Positions 10,135 to 22,952 of a stretch of 64,000 nt of DNA are shown in pieces. Origin of the DNA: Torpedo marmorata (lineage: Eukaryota). The notes under the pieces were generated by a model, which was not told the origin of the DNA, made no database searches, and was given only the letters and a program-made list of their open reading frames with translations. Location of the stretch: NCBI GenBank assembly GCA_977017645.1, contig OZ360237.1, forward strand, positions 15,686,001 to 15,750,000. Direction: 5' to 3'. A program made the translations under genes and the position numbers. Positions within the stretch are counted from its first letter, which is position 1; every line of letters starts with the position of its first letter.

Positions 10135-13100
10135 ACAGTATTTTAAGTATATTAAGAATAAAAAAGGCAAGAGTAGATATGGGACCGATGCAAAATGACG
10201 CTGTAATGAGGTCAATGAAATGGCAGAGGAACTGAATGAGCATTTTGCATCAGTCTTCACTGTAGAAGACATTCGTGGTATACCAGGGTGTCAGGGTAGA
10301 GAGGTGAGTGCAGTCGCGAACACCAGAGAGAAGGTGCTTGGGAAGCTGAATGGTCTAAGGGTAGATAAGTTTCTCAGACCAGATGGAACGCATCCTCGGG
10401 TTCTGAAAGAAGTAGCTATAGAGATTGTGGAGGCATCTTCCAAGAATCAATAGATTCTGGCATGGTTCAGGGTGACTGGAAATTTGCAAAGGTCAATCTA
10501 TTGTTTAAAAAGGGAGGGAGGCAGCAGAAAGGAAATTATAGACCTTTTAGCCTAACATCGGTGGTTAGGATTGTAAAGGTAAGGTTTCGGAGTATCTGGA
10601 GGTGGTTAACAAGATAGACCAAAGTCAGCATGGCTTCCTCTAGGGACAAATCTTGCCTCTCAAACCTTTAGCAATTTTTTTTGAGAAAACCACAAGCAGG
10701 CTAGACAAAGGAGATGCAGTAGATGTTGTATATTTGGATTTTCAAAAGGCCTTTGACAAAGTGACACATGTGGCTGCTTAACAAGATAAGAGCCCATGGA
10801 ATTACAGGAAAGATACTAGTATGGGTAGAGCATTGGCTGATCGGCAGGAAACAGAGTGGGAATAAAAGGATCCCATTCTGGTTGGCTACCGGTGACCAAT
10901 GCTGTTCTGTGGGGGTCTGTGTTGAGGCCACTTTTTGCATTGTATGTTAATGATTTGGATTGTGGAATAAATGGCTTTGTGGCAAAGTTTTCAGATGATA
11001 CAAAGATAGGTGGAGGGGCAGGTAGTGAGGAGGAAACAGAGAGGCTGAGAGACTAAGATAGATTAGGAGAATGGGCAAAGTGGCAAACGAAATACAATGT
11101 TGGAAAGTGTATGGTCATGCACTTTGTTGGAAGGAATAAAAGAGCAAACTATTATTTGGATGGGGAGAAAAATCAAAATTCAGAGGTGCAAAGGGACTTG
11201 GGAGTCCTCATGCAGGCTACCTCCAGGTTGAGTCAGTGGTGAAGAAGGCGAATGCAATGTTGGCGTTCATATGAATAGGATATAAGAACAGGGATGTGAT
11301 GTTGAGACTTTATAAGGTTCTGGTGAGGTCTCACTTGGAGTACAGGGTACAGTTTTGTGCTCCTGATTTAAGAAAGGATTGGAGAGGGTTCAGAGAAGAT
11401 TTACAAGAATGATTCCTGGAATGAGGGATTAATGTTTGACGGCTCTTGGACTGTATTCCGTGGAGTTCAGAAGCATAAGGGGTGACCTCATAGAAGCATT
11501 TCGAATGTTGAAAGGCCTGGTCAGAGTAGATGTGGCAAAATTGTTTCCCATTATCAGGAAGTCTAGGACAAGAGGGTACAACTTCCGGATTGAAGGGCAC
11601 CCATTTTAAACAGAGATGCAGAGGAATTTCTTTAGCCAGAGAGTGGTGAACCTCTGGAATTAGCTACTGATGAGCCCATCAATAACTTCAAAAGACTAGA
11701 AGTTGTACTTGAACCGAAAGGCTTTTATTAGCAATAGAATGGAGTCACATCAATGCTGGTAATCTGTCCCGGACTGGGGGAGGAGCAGTGGCACAATCGC
11801 CTTTATTCTGGGGGTCTGTTGGAGGAGCCACACAGAGGGTATGTCCAGACATCTCACCCAGCCACAACCTATACACAGTGGTTCACCACATTCACCCTTC
11901 CTTTTAAAAGAGTCCCACGGGGTGAAGGGTGTAAACATATTTACAAAATAAATTACAAATGAGTATATTTGTGACCCCAAAGGGGACGCACAGGAAGTGA
12001 TAGAGCCTGCTGTCCGCCTCAAAGGTCGTGTAAGGGCGGTCCTCCTGGCGGATGAGGAGCTGATGGTAGGCGGATTTAAGGACTATAGTGGAGTATAGCT
12101 TGTACTGCGCTATCTGGTTCACCATATTCGCGATGCATGGTAGAGGGTACGCGTCGAGCTGCGTGAACCTATTGACGGTCTGGCTATAATCTACCACCAT
12201 ACTATTTTTCTCCCCGTTCTTAACGACAACCACCTGGGCCCTCCAGGGACTTGTGCTCGCCTCAATGATCCCTTCCCTAAGCAACTGCTGCACCTCCGAC
12301 TTAATGAAGGCCCTGTCCCCCGCGCTGTATCTCCTACTTTTGGTTACAACAGGTTTACAGTCGGGTCAGGTTGGCGAACAGCGTTGGGGGATGGATCTTG
12401 AGGGTGGAGAGGCCGCAAGTAGTGTCTGTGATGCGGCTGCGCGTGTGATGTGACGGGATATGTCTGGTATGTCTGAGGAATTGAGGGTTACCGACAGTGA
12501 TTGGTGGGAGGGGTCCATCGTACTCCATCGTCACACTTTGAAGGTGGCTCTGGAAGTCGAGCCCCAGTAGCACAGGGGCACACAGTCGAGGCATGACCAG
12601 TAGCGTAAAGTCTCGATATTCAGTGTCCTGCTACACAGCACCCCCTGATGTCTGTTGTGTGCGACCCAGAAGCCATGATGACCCTCTGGCTTACCGGCTG
12701 TGTCGTGAGTCTGCAGCGCTGTACCGTGTCTGGGTGGATGAAGCTCTCCGTGCTGCCCGTGTCGAAAAGGCAGCTTGTCCTGTGTCCCTCCACCAGAATG
12801 TCCATCATAGACCTTGCGAGCAGGTGGGGTGCACTTTTGTCGAGGGTAACAGATACCAAAGTTGAGTCGCTGTCTTGATCCGACGCGATGGAGTGCCTGG
12901 TGTTCCGGGATGGCGGCACCCGTGGGTCGCTGTCTTGATCCGACGCGATGGAGTGCCAGGTGTTCTGGGATGGCGGCACCCGTGCGTCGTGTCGGCGCGA
13001 TGGAGGCAACCAAAATGGCCGCTCCCATGACTCGCACGTGTTCACCACGGGTGTGTAAATGGCGACAACGGAAATGACGACAAACGATGGACATCCCCAT

Positions 13101-14390
13101 GTCTCGCACATGGTGGCAGCGGACAGGCAAGAGGGCGATGGCAACAATGGCGACCCCCATGCCTCGCACACGGCGCTGGTCGATCCCGCTCGCGGTTTGG
13201 ACTTGCAGACCTTGGCGAAGTGGCCTTCCTGCAGCTGGTGCAGGTCGTTTCTCGGGCTGGGCAACGTTTCCGGGGTGCTTTTCGAGTCCGCAGAAGTAGC
13301 ACTTCTCGGACTCACGACTGACGGCAGCTGTGGTCGATTCGCTGGTGTGGTGCAGGGTCTGCGGTATCCACGGAGCCGGCGGGAGATCGCACGCCTGGAT
13401 AGAGTCGGAGTTCTGCAACACGGCTTCCAGCGTATCGGCCAGACGAGCGTAAGATGAGGTCAACTTGTTCCAGCAGGCGCTGGCGCACATACACCAACCT
13501 GGTCCCAGTGACGAATGCGTCTCTTACCAGGAGCTCCGCGGGTTCTCCGGGCATCAGTCCCTGGCAATCGCAGGCCTGCATGAGTGTCTGTAGGGCCCGG
13601 ACGAACTCAGCGCTCGACTCACCGGGCAGCTGCTGCCGCGTCGCTAACTGATGTTGCGCGTATACCGTATTTACTGGCCGTATGTACTGTCTTTTAAGAG
13701 CGTTCATTGCGTCTTCATAGGTCTGCAGGTCTTGGATCATTTAGTAGACCCGTGGGCTTACCATAGAGAGGAGGACTTTACGTTTTGGCGCATCTTCGTG
13801 CACCTTGATTTCCTCCAGGAACAACTCGAAGCAGGCTAGCCAGAGTACGAAAGCGTTGCCGGCCTCTGGTGTTTGCGGATCGAGGTCCAGCTTGTCGGGT
13901 CTCAAGATATTTTCCAAGCTTAAATTATTGCTAATAAAATTGATGAGCCCATCAATAACTTAAAAAGACTAGAAGTTGTACTTGAACTGAAAGGCTTTTA
14001 TTAGCAATAGAATGGAGTCACGTCCATGCTGGTTATCTGTCCCGGACTGGGGGAGGAGCAGTGGCACAATCGCCTTTATTCTGGGGGTCTGTGGGAGGGG
14101 CCACAGGAACAGTCAGCAGAGGGCATGTCCAGACATCTCACCCAGCCACAACCTATACACAGTGGTTTACCACAGCTACCACAGGCAGTTGTGGAGGCCA
14201 AATTGTTGGGTGTATTTCAGGCAGAAATTGATAGGTATCTGAACAGTCAGGGATCAAAGGTTATGGGGAGAAGGCAGAGGAGTGGAGCTGAGTGGAAGAA
14301 TGGATCAGCTCATGATGGAATGGTGGAGCGGACTCAATGGGCCGAATGGCAGCCTTCTGCTCCAATATAGTCTTATTGTTTATGGTCTAA
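10135..14390 (+). mobile_element. Decayed CR1 (RT plus 3' tail), interrupted by a Gypsy element
   Basis: AEELNEHFASVFT, LDFQKAFDKV, KFSDDTKIGG; tail resumes at 14175. Confidence 0.85.
11668..14174 (-). mobile_element. Gypsy LTR retrotransposon, internally deleted (gag, protease, start of RT; no RNase H or integrase)
   Basis: TG..CA LTRs at 11668-11890 and 13941-14174; 5-bp TSD GCTAC; CCHC knuckle; LFDTGS protease; RT ends abruptly at VPFGVTN; 60-bp internal tandem duplication from 12866. Confidence 0.92.
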
Positions 14391-14419
14391 AATAATCAAG
14401 CATTTTTTTTTAAATTGAG

Positions 14420-14960
14420 TGATCATTGCTTAATTCTTCAGTGTAGTTCATACATCTGGCCTGGAAGGTGCATGGTGATCATTTTATCTAGTCTGATTTC
14501 TCTTCTTGCATGAGGTTCGGGTAGCTGACAGGCCCCCTCTGTTCCAAGACTGCACAAGAACCATTGGTCCCCATACAGTACCTGATGATCCCAACCAAAT
14601 CCTTGATTTTCATCTTCCATCCTGAGATCATCACAAGGTTTTTTTTTTACCATTTGTAATCAGTTTTCTGTCATTGTAAAATAATTGAAAGTGCTGATAT
14701 AACACAGTGCTATCCCTGTTTGCCATTGGAACTTGGAGATGACAAAATTTGCAGGTATTAAAGCAATGCCATTATTTGCAAGAAGTTACTTGAGTTTGTC
14801 TGTAAATATTTACGACAAAATTTGAAAGTCGGTTTAAATTAATTCCTGTAAATTCTCTCAGAAGGTAGCTGATATTGACTTTTCATTTTTAATTGCCTCT
14901 GCAAGGTGGCTTTATAACACTTGCATTGTTCCTTGGGTAGTGCATTGTTCTAAAGTTGAG
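14420..14960 (-). pseudogene. NA: Influenza-like neuraminidase EVE, about aa 125-280
   Basis: TQGTM~TQGAL; ERIYRN~DRSPYRT; FYNDRKLIT~KYNGIIT; ISGWKMKI...CMGTNGSCAVLEQRGP (14577-14531)~IKSWRNNI...CACVNGSCFTVMTDGP; NYTEELS~NYHYEECS. Confidence 0.7.
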
Positions 14961-14989
14961 ATTGTTTTATTTAATACTTGAACATTTCA

Positions 14990-15895
14990 TCTCTGTGAAG
15001 ACTGGTGTCAAACAATGCTGTTTCATTGCCACAACAGTTCTCCCAATCTTTCTTCAGATTTCAGATTTATTGTCAGAGTACATATATGACATCATATACA
15101 ACCCTGAGATTCTTTTTCTGCAGGCAAGCCAGAATTACCACTTATTGGTAGTGCAAAAAAAACCTGTACACAGCGTATACATGTAAACAAATAAAGAACT
15201 GTAAACAGATAACGAATGTAAACAAACTGTGCAATACAGAGAGAATTTAAAAAAATCAATAAAGTGCACAAGTAAGAGTCCTTAAATGAGTCCATGATTG
15301 AGTTTGTTGTTGAGGAGTCTGATGGTGGAGGGTAGCAGCTGTTCCTGAACCTGGTGGTGCGAGTTTTGTGGCACCTATACCTCTTTCCTGATGGCAGCAG
15401 CGAGAACAGAGCGTGTGCTCCATGGTGTGGATCCTTGATGATTGCTGATGCTCTCCAACGGCAGCATTCCCTCAAGATGTTCTCGATAGTGGGGAGGGTT
15501 TTGCCTGTGATGTCCTGAGCTGTGTCCACAACCTTTTGGAGGGCTTTACACTCGGGTATTGGTGTCCCCATACCAGACCGTGATGCAGCCGGTCAACACA
15601 CTTTCCACCACACATCTGTAGAAATTTGCCAGGACTTCTGGTGTCATACCAAACGTCCGCAAACTCCTGAGGAACTCTTTGCCATAAATGTTGAACTTTC
15701 TGCCCAACTAACTTCCCACAGGAGTGGAGCTAATCTTCAAAACCAATGGGAAGCTGGTCGATTACAATGAACACCCTCCCAAACCATTGTCCTCTTAATC
15801 TCAGTAATCGAGCTGTAGAATGCACATGACACCTACAGGAGTGCATCCTCAGAGGCTGAGCTCCAAGTCATTGTTGAGCCATTCACTGAAGCTGG
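14990..15895 (+). mobile_element. Old RTE-like LINE remnant, split by Rex1
   Basis: VKTGVKQCC~GVKQGC at ~15000; degenerate RT (GVELIFKTNGKL, SEAELQ) at 15680-15895. Confidence 0.5.
15054..15672 (-). mobile_element. Rex1/Babar-type LINE 3' fragment
   Basis: [34 protein letters not shown]; tail TGACAATAAATCTGAAATCTGA. Confidence 0.85.
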
Positions 15896-15920
15896 CATTC
15901 AGAGAAGATTTACAGGTACT

Positions 15921-18900
15921 TAGATTTGTTATGGTGCATTGTCAAATTTATTCAGAAACATGGACTTTTTTAAATTTATATATTGTAAACCCAGAGGATG
16001 AACAATTTATTCAAGATATTTCTTTACATTTATCTGAAGCTAAGGAAAATATTTTAATTGGGGGAGATTTTAATTGTTGTCTTAATACAAATATGGATAA
16101 AACATCTAAAACATCTGTTAGACCTAAAATAGTTAAAAGAATTATTAATTTAATGGATGATTTAAATTTAGTAGATATTTGGAGAAAGGTAAACCCTAGA
16201 GAAAAAGACTATTCATTTTATTCTTTTCGACATAACTCATTTTCAAGAATTGATTTATTTTTATTATCGTCACAAATTCAGGATAGAATAACTCAAATTT
16301 CCTATAAAGCAAGAATAATTTCAGACCATTCGCCGTTATTAATGACATGTATAATTCCAGAGAAAGAAAAAACTGTATATAATTGGAGATTAGATTCTTC
16401 TTTATTAAATAGAAAAGATTTCTGTGATTATATGAGAAAAGAAATTCAGGAATTTTTACGAATTAATAATAATTCAGTTGATGATAAGTTTATAATTTGG
16501 GAGTCTTTAAAAGCATATTTAAGAGGATTGATAATAAGTTTTTCGGCAAAAATTAGAAAAGATTATTTGAAGGAAGAAGAAAAATTGGAGGGGGAGATTG
16601 AAGTTATGGAAAAAAATTTTCAACGAAATAAAACAATTCTTAAGAGACAACGTTTAATGGGGAAAAAATTACATTATAATATATTACAAACTCGAAAAAT
16701 TGAAAAATTAATTGGTAGAACAAAGCAAAGATATTATGAATTGGGAGAAAGAGCACATAAAGTTTTAGCATGGCAATTAAAGAAAGAACAAGTTTCTAAA
16801 ACTATAAATGCTATAAAGAAAAGTAATGGAGATATAACTTATAAACCTCAAGAAATAAACAATTCTTTTAAAGAATATTATCAAAATTTATATACTTCAC
16901 AAATGAGTCAAGATGTTGTTAAAATTGATGATTTTTTATCTAAAATTATGTTGCCTAAATTAAATAGTTCTAATAGAGATTTGTTAGATCTACCAATTAC
17001 AATGAGAGAAGTAGGTGAAGCTTTATCTTCATTGAATAGTGGTAAATCTCCTGGTGATGATGGATTTCCTGTAGAGTTTTATAAGAAGTTTAAAGATTTA
17101 TTGATACCTATATATATGGAAGTATTGACTCAAATAAAGGAAACTCAGTTATTACCGAAAACATTTTTAAATGCTGTTATTACAGTTATACCGAAGAAGG
17201 ATAGAGATGTATTGAAAACTGAATCGTATAGACCTATATCATTGTTAAATGTAGATTATAAATTAATGGCAAAAATATTGACAAATAGATTAGCTAAGTT
17301 TTTACCATTTTTAATACATTCAGATCAAGCAGGATTTATTAAAAATAGATATTCAAAGGATAATATAGCAAGATTAATAAGTTTGATTAATTTACAAAAA
17401 AAGAAACAGGATTTACCGTTAGTGATAGCATTAGATGCAGAAAAAGCATTTGATAGATTAGAGTGGAAGTTTTTATTTAAGGTTTTAGAGAAATATGGAT
17501 TTGGAAATACGTTTATAAATTGGATTAAAACTATATATAAGGAACCTACAGCTAAAGTAATCACAAATGGTCAAATATCATCTAAATTTTCTTTGACACG
17601 GTCAACAAGACAAGGGTGTCCATTGTCACCTGCTTTATTTGTATTGGCAATAGAACCGTTGGCGGAAATGATTAGGAAAGATATGACTATAAAAGGGATA
17701 AAAGTAGGTACAGAAGAGCATAAAATTAGTTTGTTTGCAGATGATGTATTAATATATATGACAAAGTCTATTGAATCACTTCAACAATTGGATAAAATAT
17801 TGAGGGATTATGGTGAAATATCTGGATATAAAATAAATTCGGATAAAAGTGAAATAATGGCTTTATCTCAAGGAGATTATACTAAATGTAAAGAAGTTAC
17901 AAAATTTAAATGGGCTAAAGAAGCTATTAAATATTTGGGAGTAAAAGTGGATACAAAGTTAGAAAATTTATATAAATTAAATTATATACCTTTATTTCAG
18001 AAAATAAAGAAGGATTTAGATAATTGGAAAGATTTACCTATAACTTTAATAGGAAGAGTGAATTGTATTAAAATGAATATTTTTCCAAGAGTTCAATATC
18101 TTTTTCAATCTATACCTTTTAGTATCCCTCAAAAAATTTTTTAAAGATTTAAAAAGTATTATCAGAAAGTTTTTATGGAAAGGAAAACTGGCAAGAGTAA
18201 GTATGGATAAATTAACTTGGGAATATGAAATGGGTGGATTACAACTTCCTAATTTTCAATATTATTATAAGGCAGCACAATTAAAGTTTATAAATGAATT
18301 ATTTGATTTAACTAAAAATACGGCTTGGATTAATATAGAATTAAATAATATAGGAGAAAGAAATAAAGAAGATATTATTTATAAATGGAATTCTAAATTA
18401 TTATTGATTAAAAAGAAAAAGTCACCGATTATTAGACATTTATTAGAGATTTGGAATCAACTAGATAATGAAATAGGGCGAAAAGGATCAATTTCTTTAA
18501 ATATGCCATTATATCAGAATTTATTATTACCATTTTCTATGGATAATCAATTTTTAAAAGTATGGCATCAAAAAGGAATTAAGAAGATTAAAGATTGTTT
18601 TGAGGCAGGACGATTTGTTACTTTTTCGAGATTGAAAGAAAAATTTGGAATAATGGATAATACAATTTTAGCTTATTATCAAGTTAAAGGATTTTTAGTT
18701 GAGAAATTAGGGAATCAATTAATATCCCCTAGACAGGATGGGTTAGAATTATTAATTACTAATGGAAATGTCAATAAATTTATATCGCAAATGTATAAAT
18801 TATTTCAGAAAAAGATACCTAAAGTAGGATTGCATAAATCTAGATTAAATTGGGAATCAGATCTAAATACTAATATAGATGAACAACATTGGAAAGAATT

Positions 18901-19739
18901 GTGTAAATTGAGTATGACTAAGATTATTAATGTTAGATATAGATTAGTACAGTATAATTTTTTCCATCAATTATATATAACACCTAAAAGATTAAAGAAA
19001 TTTAACCCGGCATTGTCAGATATGTGTTTTAGATGTAAAGACGAAATAGGTTCTTTTGTACATTGTACATGGTCGTGTTTGAAAATTAAAAATTTTTGGT
19101 CTAAAGTTAAAGATTTTTTAGATAGAATTTTTAATATTATGATTCCATTGGATCCCATGATATTTCTATTTGGAGATATAAAAAGAATTAGTATTAGAAA
19201 TAGATTAAATATGTATCAAATAGAATTTTTAAGAATTGTGTTAGCTATTTCAAAAAAATGTATTGCTATTACTTGGAAATCAGATTTAGATTTGAATTTA
19301 GATAGATTACATGCAGAGTTACGTTCATGTATACCTTTGGAAAAAATTACTTATAATTTACGAGATAAATATCATTTCTTTTTGAAAATTTGGAGCCCAT
19401 ATATGAGAATTATGGGTATGAATTAATTCTCTAAAAGTTAGTACTGCTGACAAAAGTAACCTCCATATATAATTAGAGTTAGTCTGAAATAGTTTTCTCC
19501 TCATACTAACATTCTTAACTTTATTTCTCATTCTATTTCTTTCCTTTTAACTAACACTTCTATATATATATTTTTTTTTATCTTTCTTTATTAGAATAGT
19601 GTGGGAGGGTTGGGGAGGGGAGGGAGGGAAGGGAGGGTGGTAAATGTATCACATGTATTTTGAACAATATATTATTTTTGACTATGTATTTTGTGATTTT
19701 AAAAATTAAATAAAAATTTAAAAAAAAAAAAAAAAAAAA
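15921..19739 (+). mobile_element. Young 5'-truncated L1 (ORF2 EN-RT-Cys, one frameshift)
   Basis: GGDFN, SDHSP, QGCPLSP, FADD, CFRC..H...C; poly-A; 16-bp TSD AAGATTTACAGGTACT at 15905-15920 and 19740-19755. Confidence 0.95.
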
Positions 19740-19769
19740 AAGATTTACAGGTACTAGAATGATATAGAG

Positions 19770-22700
19770 TAGAAATAGAATGAGGTGGAGGATTAACACG
19801 TGGCTGAAGGGGTGGAGTAAGGGGCAGGATTTCAAGTTTCTGGATCACTGGGACCTTTTTTGGGGGAGATGTGACCTGTACAGTAAGGACGGGTTACACT
19901 TGAATCCCAGGGGGACCAGAATCCTGGCAGGGGTATTTGCTAGGGCTACTCAGGAGCCTTTAAACTAGAAAGGTTGGGGGGAGGGAGCAAAATAGTACCG
20001 AGCAGTAAGGAGAAGGTTAGAACAGAGAAAGTTTGTAGTCAGTGTTTGAATAAGGATGGGCAGGTGATAGAGAAGGTTACTAAAGATAAGGGCAAACAGA
20101 GATTAAGAAGTGGGAAATCTCTGAAATTCATATATTTTAATGCCAGGAGTATTGTAAAAAAGGTGGATGAGCTGAAGGTGTGGATTGATACTTGGAAGTA
20201 TGAGGTGGTAGCCATCAGTGAGACATGGTTGCAGGAGGGATGTGATTGGCAGCTGAATATCCCTGGGTTTCGTTGCTTTAGGTGTGATAGAGTCGGAGGG
20301 GCAAGAGGAGGTGGTGTTGCATTGCTTGTCAGGGAGAATATTACAGCGGTGCTTAGGCAGGATAGATTAGTGGGCTCGTCCACGGAGGCTATTTGGGTAG
20401 AACTGAGAAGTGGGAAAGGAGAAGTTACACTTGCAGGGGTGTATTATAGACCACCCGGAGGGGACCGAGACCTAGAGGAGCAAATCTGTAGGGAGATAGT
20501 GGATATTTGTGATAAGCACAGAGTTGTGATTGTGGGAGATTTTAATTTTCCACATATAGATTGGGAAACACATTCTGTGAAAGGGCTGGATGGGTTGGAG
20601 TTTGTGAAATGTGTGCAGGATAGTTTTTTACAACAGTATGTAGAGGTACCGACCAGAGAAGGAGCAGTGTTAGATCTATTGTTGGCAAATGAGATAGGTC
20701 AAGTGACGGAGGTTTGTGTTGGCGAGCACTTCGGGTCCAGTGATCATAATGCCATCAGCTTCAATGTCATTATGGAAAGAGATAAGTCAGGGCCAAGGGT
20801 TGAGGTTTTTGATTGGGGAAAAGCTAGATTTGAGGAGATGCGAAGGGACTTACAGGGTGTGCATTGGGACAATTTGTTTTATGGGCAGGATGTAGTGGAG
20901 AGATGGAAGTCTTTTAAAGATCAGATTTTGAGAGTGCAAAAGCTTTATGTTCCTGTTAGGTTAAAAGGAGGGGCAAAAGGTTTGAGAGAGCCGTGGTTTT
21001 CGAGGAATATTGGAAACTTGGTTCGAAAAAAAAGGGAGGCGTACATTAAGTATAAGAAGCATGGAAATAAGGAGATGTTTGAAAAATACATTGTGTGTAA
21101 AAAGAATCTTAAGAGAGGAATTAGGAAAGCTAAAAGAAGGTATGAAGAGACTATAGCAAGCAGGGTGAAAATTAATCCAAAAGGTTTTTACAAATACGTT
21201 AATGGTAAAAGGAAAGCGAGGGACAAAATTGGTCCCTTAGAGAATCAGAGCGGAAAACTCTGTGTGGAGCCTAGAGAAATGGGGGAGATATTGAACAGTT
21301 TCTTTTCTTCGGTATTCACCAAGGAGAAGGATATTGAGATATGCCAGATAAAAAAAAGCAAATTGGGTAAATATGGAGAATATAGGGATTACGAAAGATG
21401 TAGTGTTAGGGCTTTTGAGGCATATAAAGGTGGATAAGTCTCCAGGACCCGACGGGATCTTCCCCAGGACCTTGAGAGAAGTAAGCGAAGAAATAGCAGA
21501 GGCTCTGACGGTGATTTTCCAAATGTCATAAGAGATGGGGATAGTGCCGGAGGATTGGTGTATTGCGCATGTGGTTCCGTTATTTAAAAAGGGTTCAAGG
21601 AGGAAGCTTCTCAGAGATAGTACTTATAAATATCTGGATAGACAGGGTCTGATCAGGAACTCTCAACACGGATTTGTGAGCGGAAGGTCCTGTTTGACCA
21701 ATCTGATTGAATTTTTTGAAGAGGTGACTAGGAATGTGGATGAGGGTAACGCGGTGGATGTTGTCTATATGGACTTCAGTAAGGCCTTCGATAAGGTTCC
21801 GCATGGAAGGTTAGTTAGGAAGGTGCAGTCTTTAGGTATAAATTCTGAGATAGTCAAATGGATTGAACATTGGCTGGAAGGGAGAGGCCAGAGAATGGTA
21901 GTGGATAATTGTCTATCAGGTTGGAGGCAGGTGACCAGCGGTGTGCCTCAGGGATCTGTATTGGGCCCATTGTTGTTCGTTATATATATCAATGATCTAG
22001 ATGATGGGGTGGTGAACTGGATTAGTAAATATGCAGATGATACTAAGATAGGTGGAATAGTGGATAATGAAGAAGGTTTTCAAGGATTGCAGAGGGATTT
22101 GGGATGCTTAGAAAAGTGGGCTGAAAAATGGCAGATGGAGTTTAATGCTGATAAGTGTGAGGTGCTTCATTTTGGTAAGAAGAATCAGAACAGGACATAT
22201 GTAGTAAATGGGAGAGCATTGATGAATACAGAAGAGCAGAAAGATTTAGGAATAACGGTGCATCGTTCCCTGAAGGTGGAAACTCATGTGAATAGGGTGG
22301 TGAAGAAGGCTTTTAGTATGCTAGCCTTTATCAATCATTGCATAGAATATAGGAGTTGGGAAGTGATGTTGAGATTATATAAGGCTTTGGTGCGGCCTAA
22401 TTTAGAGTTCTGTGTGCAGTTCTGGTCGCCAAATTATAGGTAGGATATCAACAAGGTGGAGAGAGTGCAGAGAAGGTTTACCAGAATGTTACCTGGGTTT
22501 AAGAATCTAGAGTACAAGGAGAGATTGAGCAGATTAGGTCTTTATTCTTTGGAGCGTAGAAGGTTGAGAGGGGATTTGATAGAGGTATTTAAAATTATGA
22601 AAGGGATAGACAGAGTGGATGTGGATAGACTATTTCCATTAAGAATAGGAGAGATTGAAACAAGAGGACATGAGCTAAGAGTTAAGGGGCAGAGGTTTAG

Positions 22701-22952
22701 AGGTAACATGAGGGGGAACTTCTTTACTCAGAGAGTGGTAGCGGTGTGGAATGAGCTTCCGGGAGAAGTAGTGGCAGCAGAGTCAATTTTATTATTTAAG
22801 AAAAAGTTGGACAAGTATATGGATGAGAAGGAAGTGGAGGGTTATGGGCAGGGTGCAGGTAGGTGGGACTAGATAGGAATGTTTGGTTCGGTGTGGACTG
22901 GAAGGGCCTAATGGCCTGTTTCCGTGCTGTAATTGTTATATGGTTATATATG
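19770..22952 (+). mobile_element. CR1 LINE (end of ORF1 esterase, then ORF2 EN/RT with a few lesions)
   Basis: DGLHLN; NARSI, ISETW, GDFNFP, SDHN; QGSVLGP, YADDTK; tail TGTTATATGGTTATAT. Confidence 0.93.
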
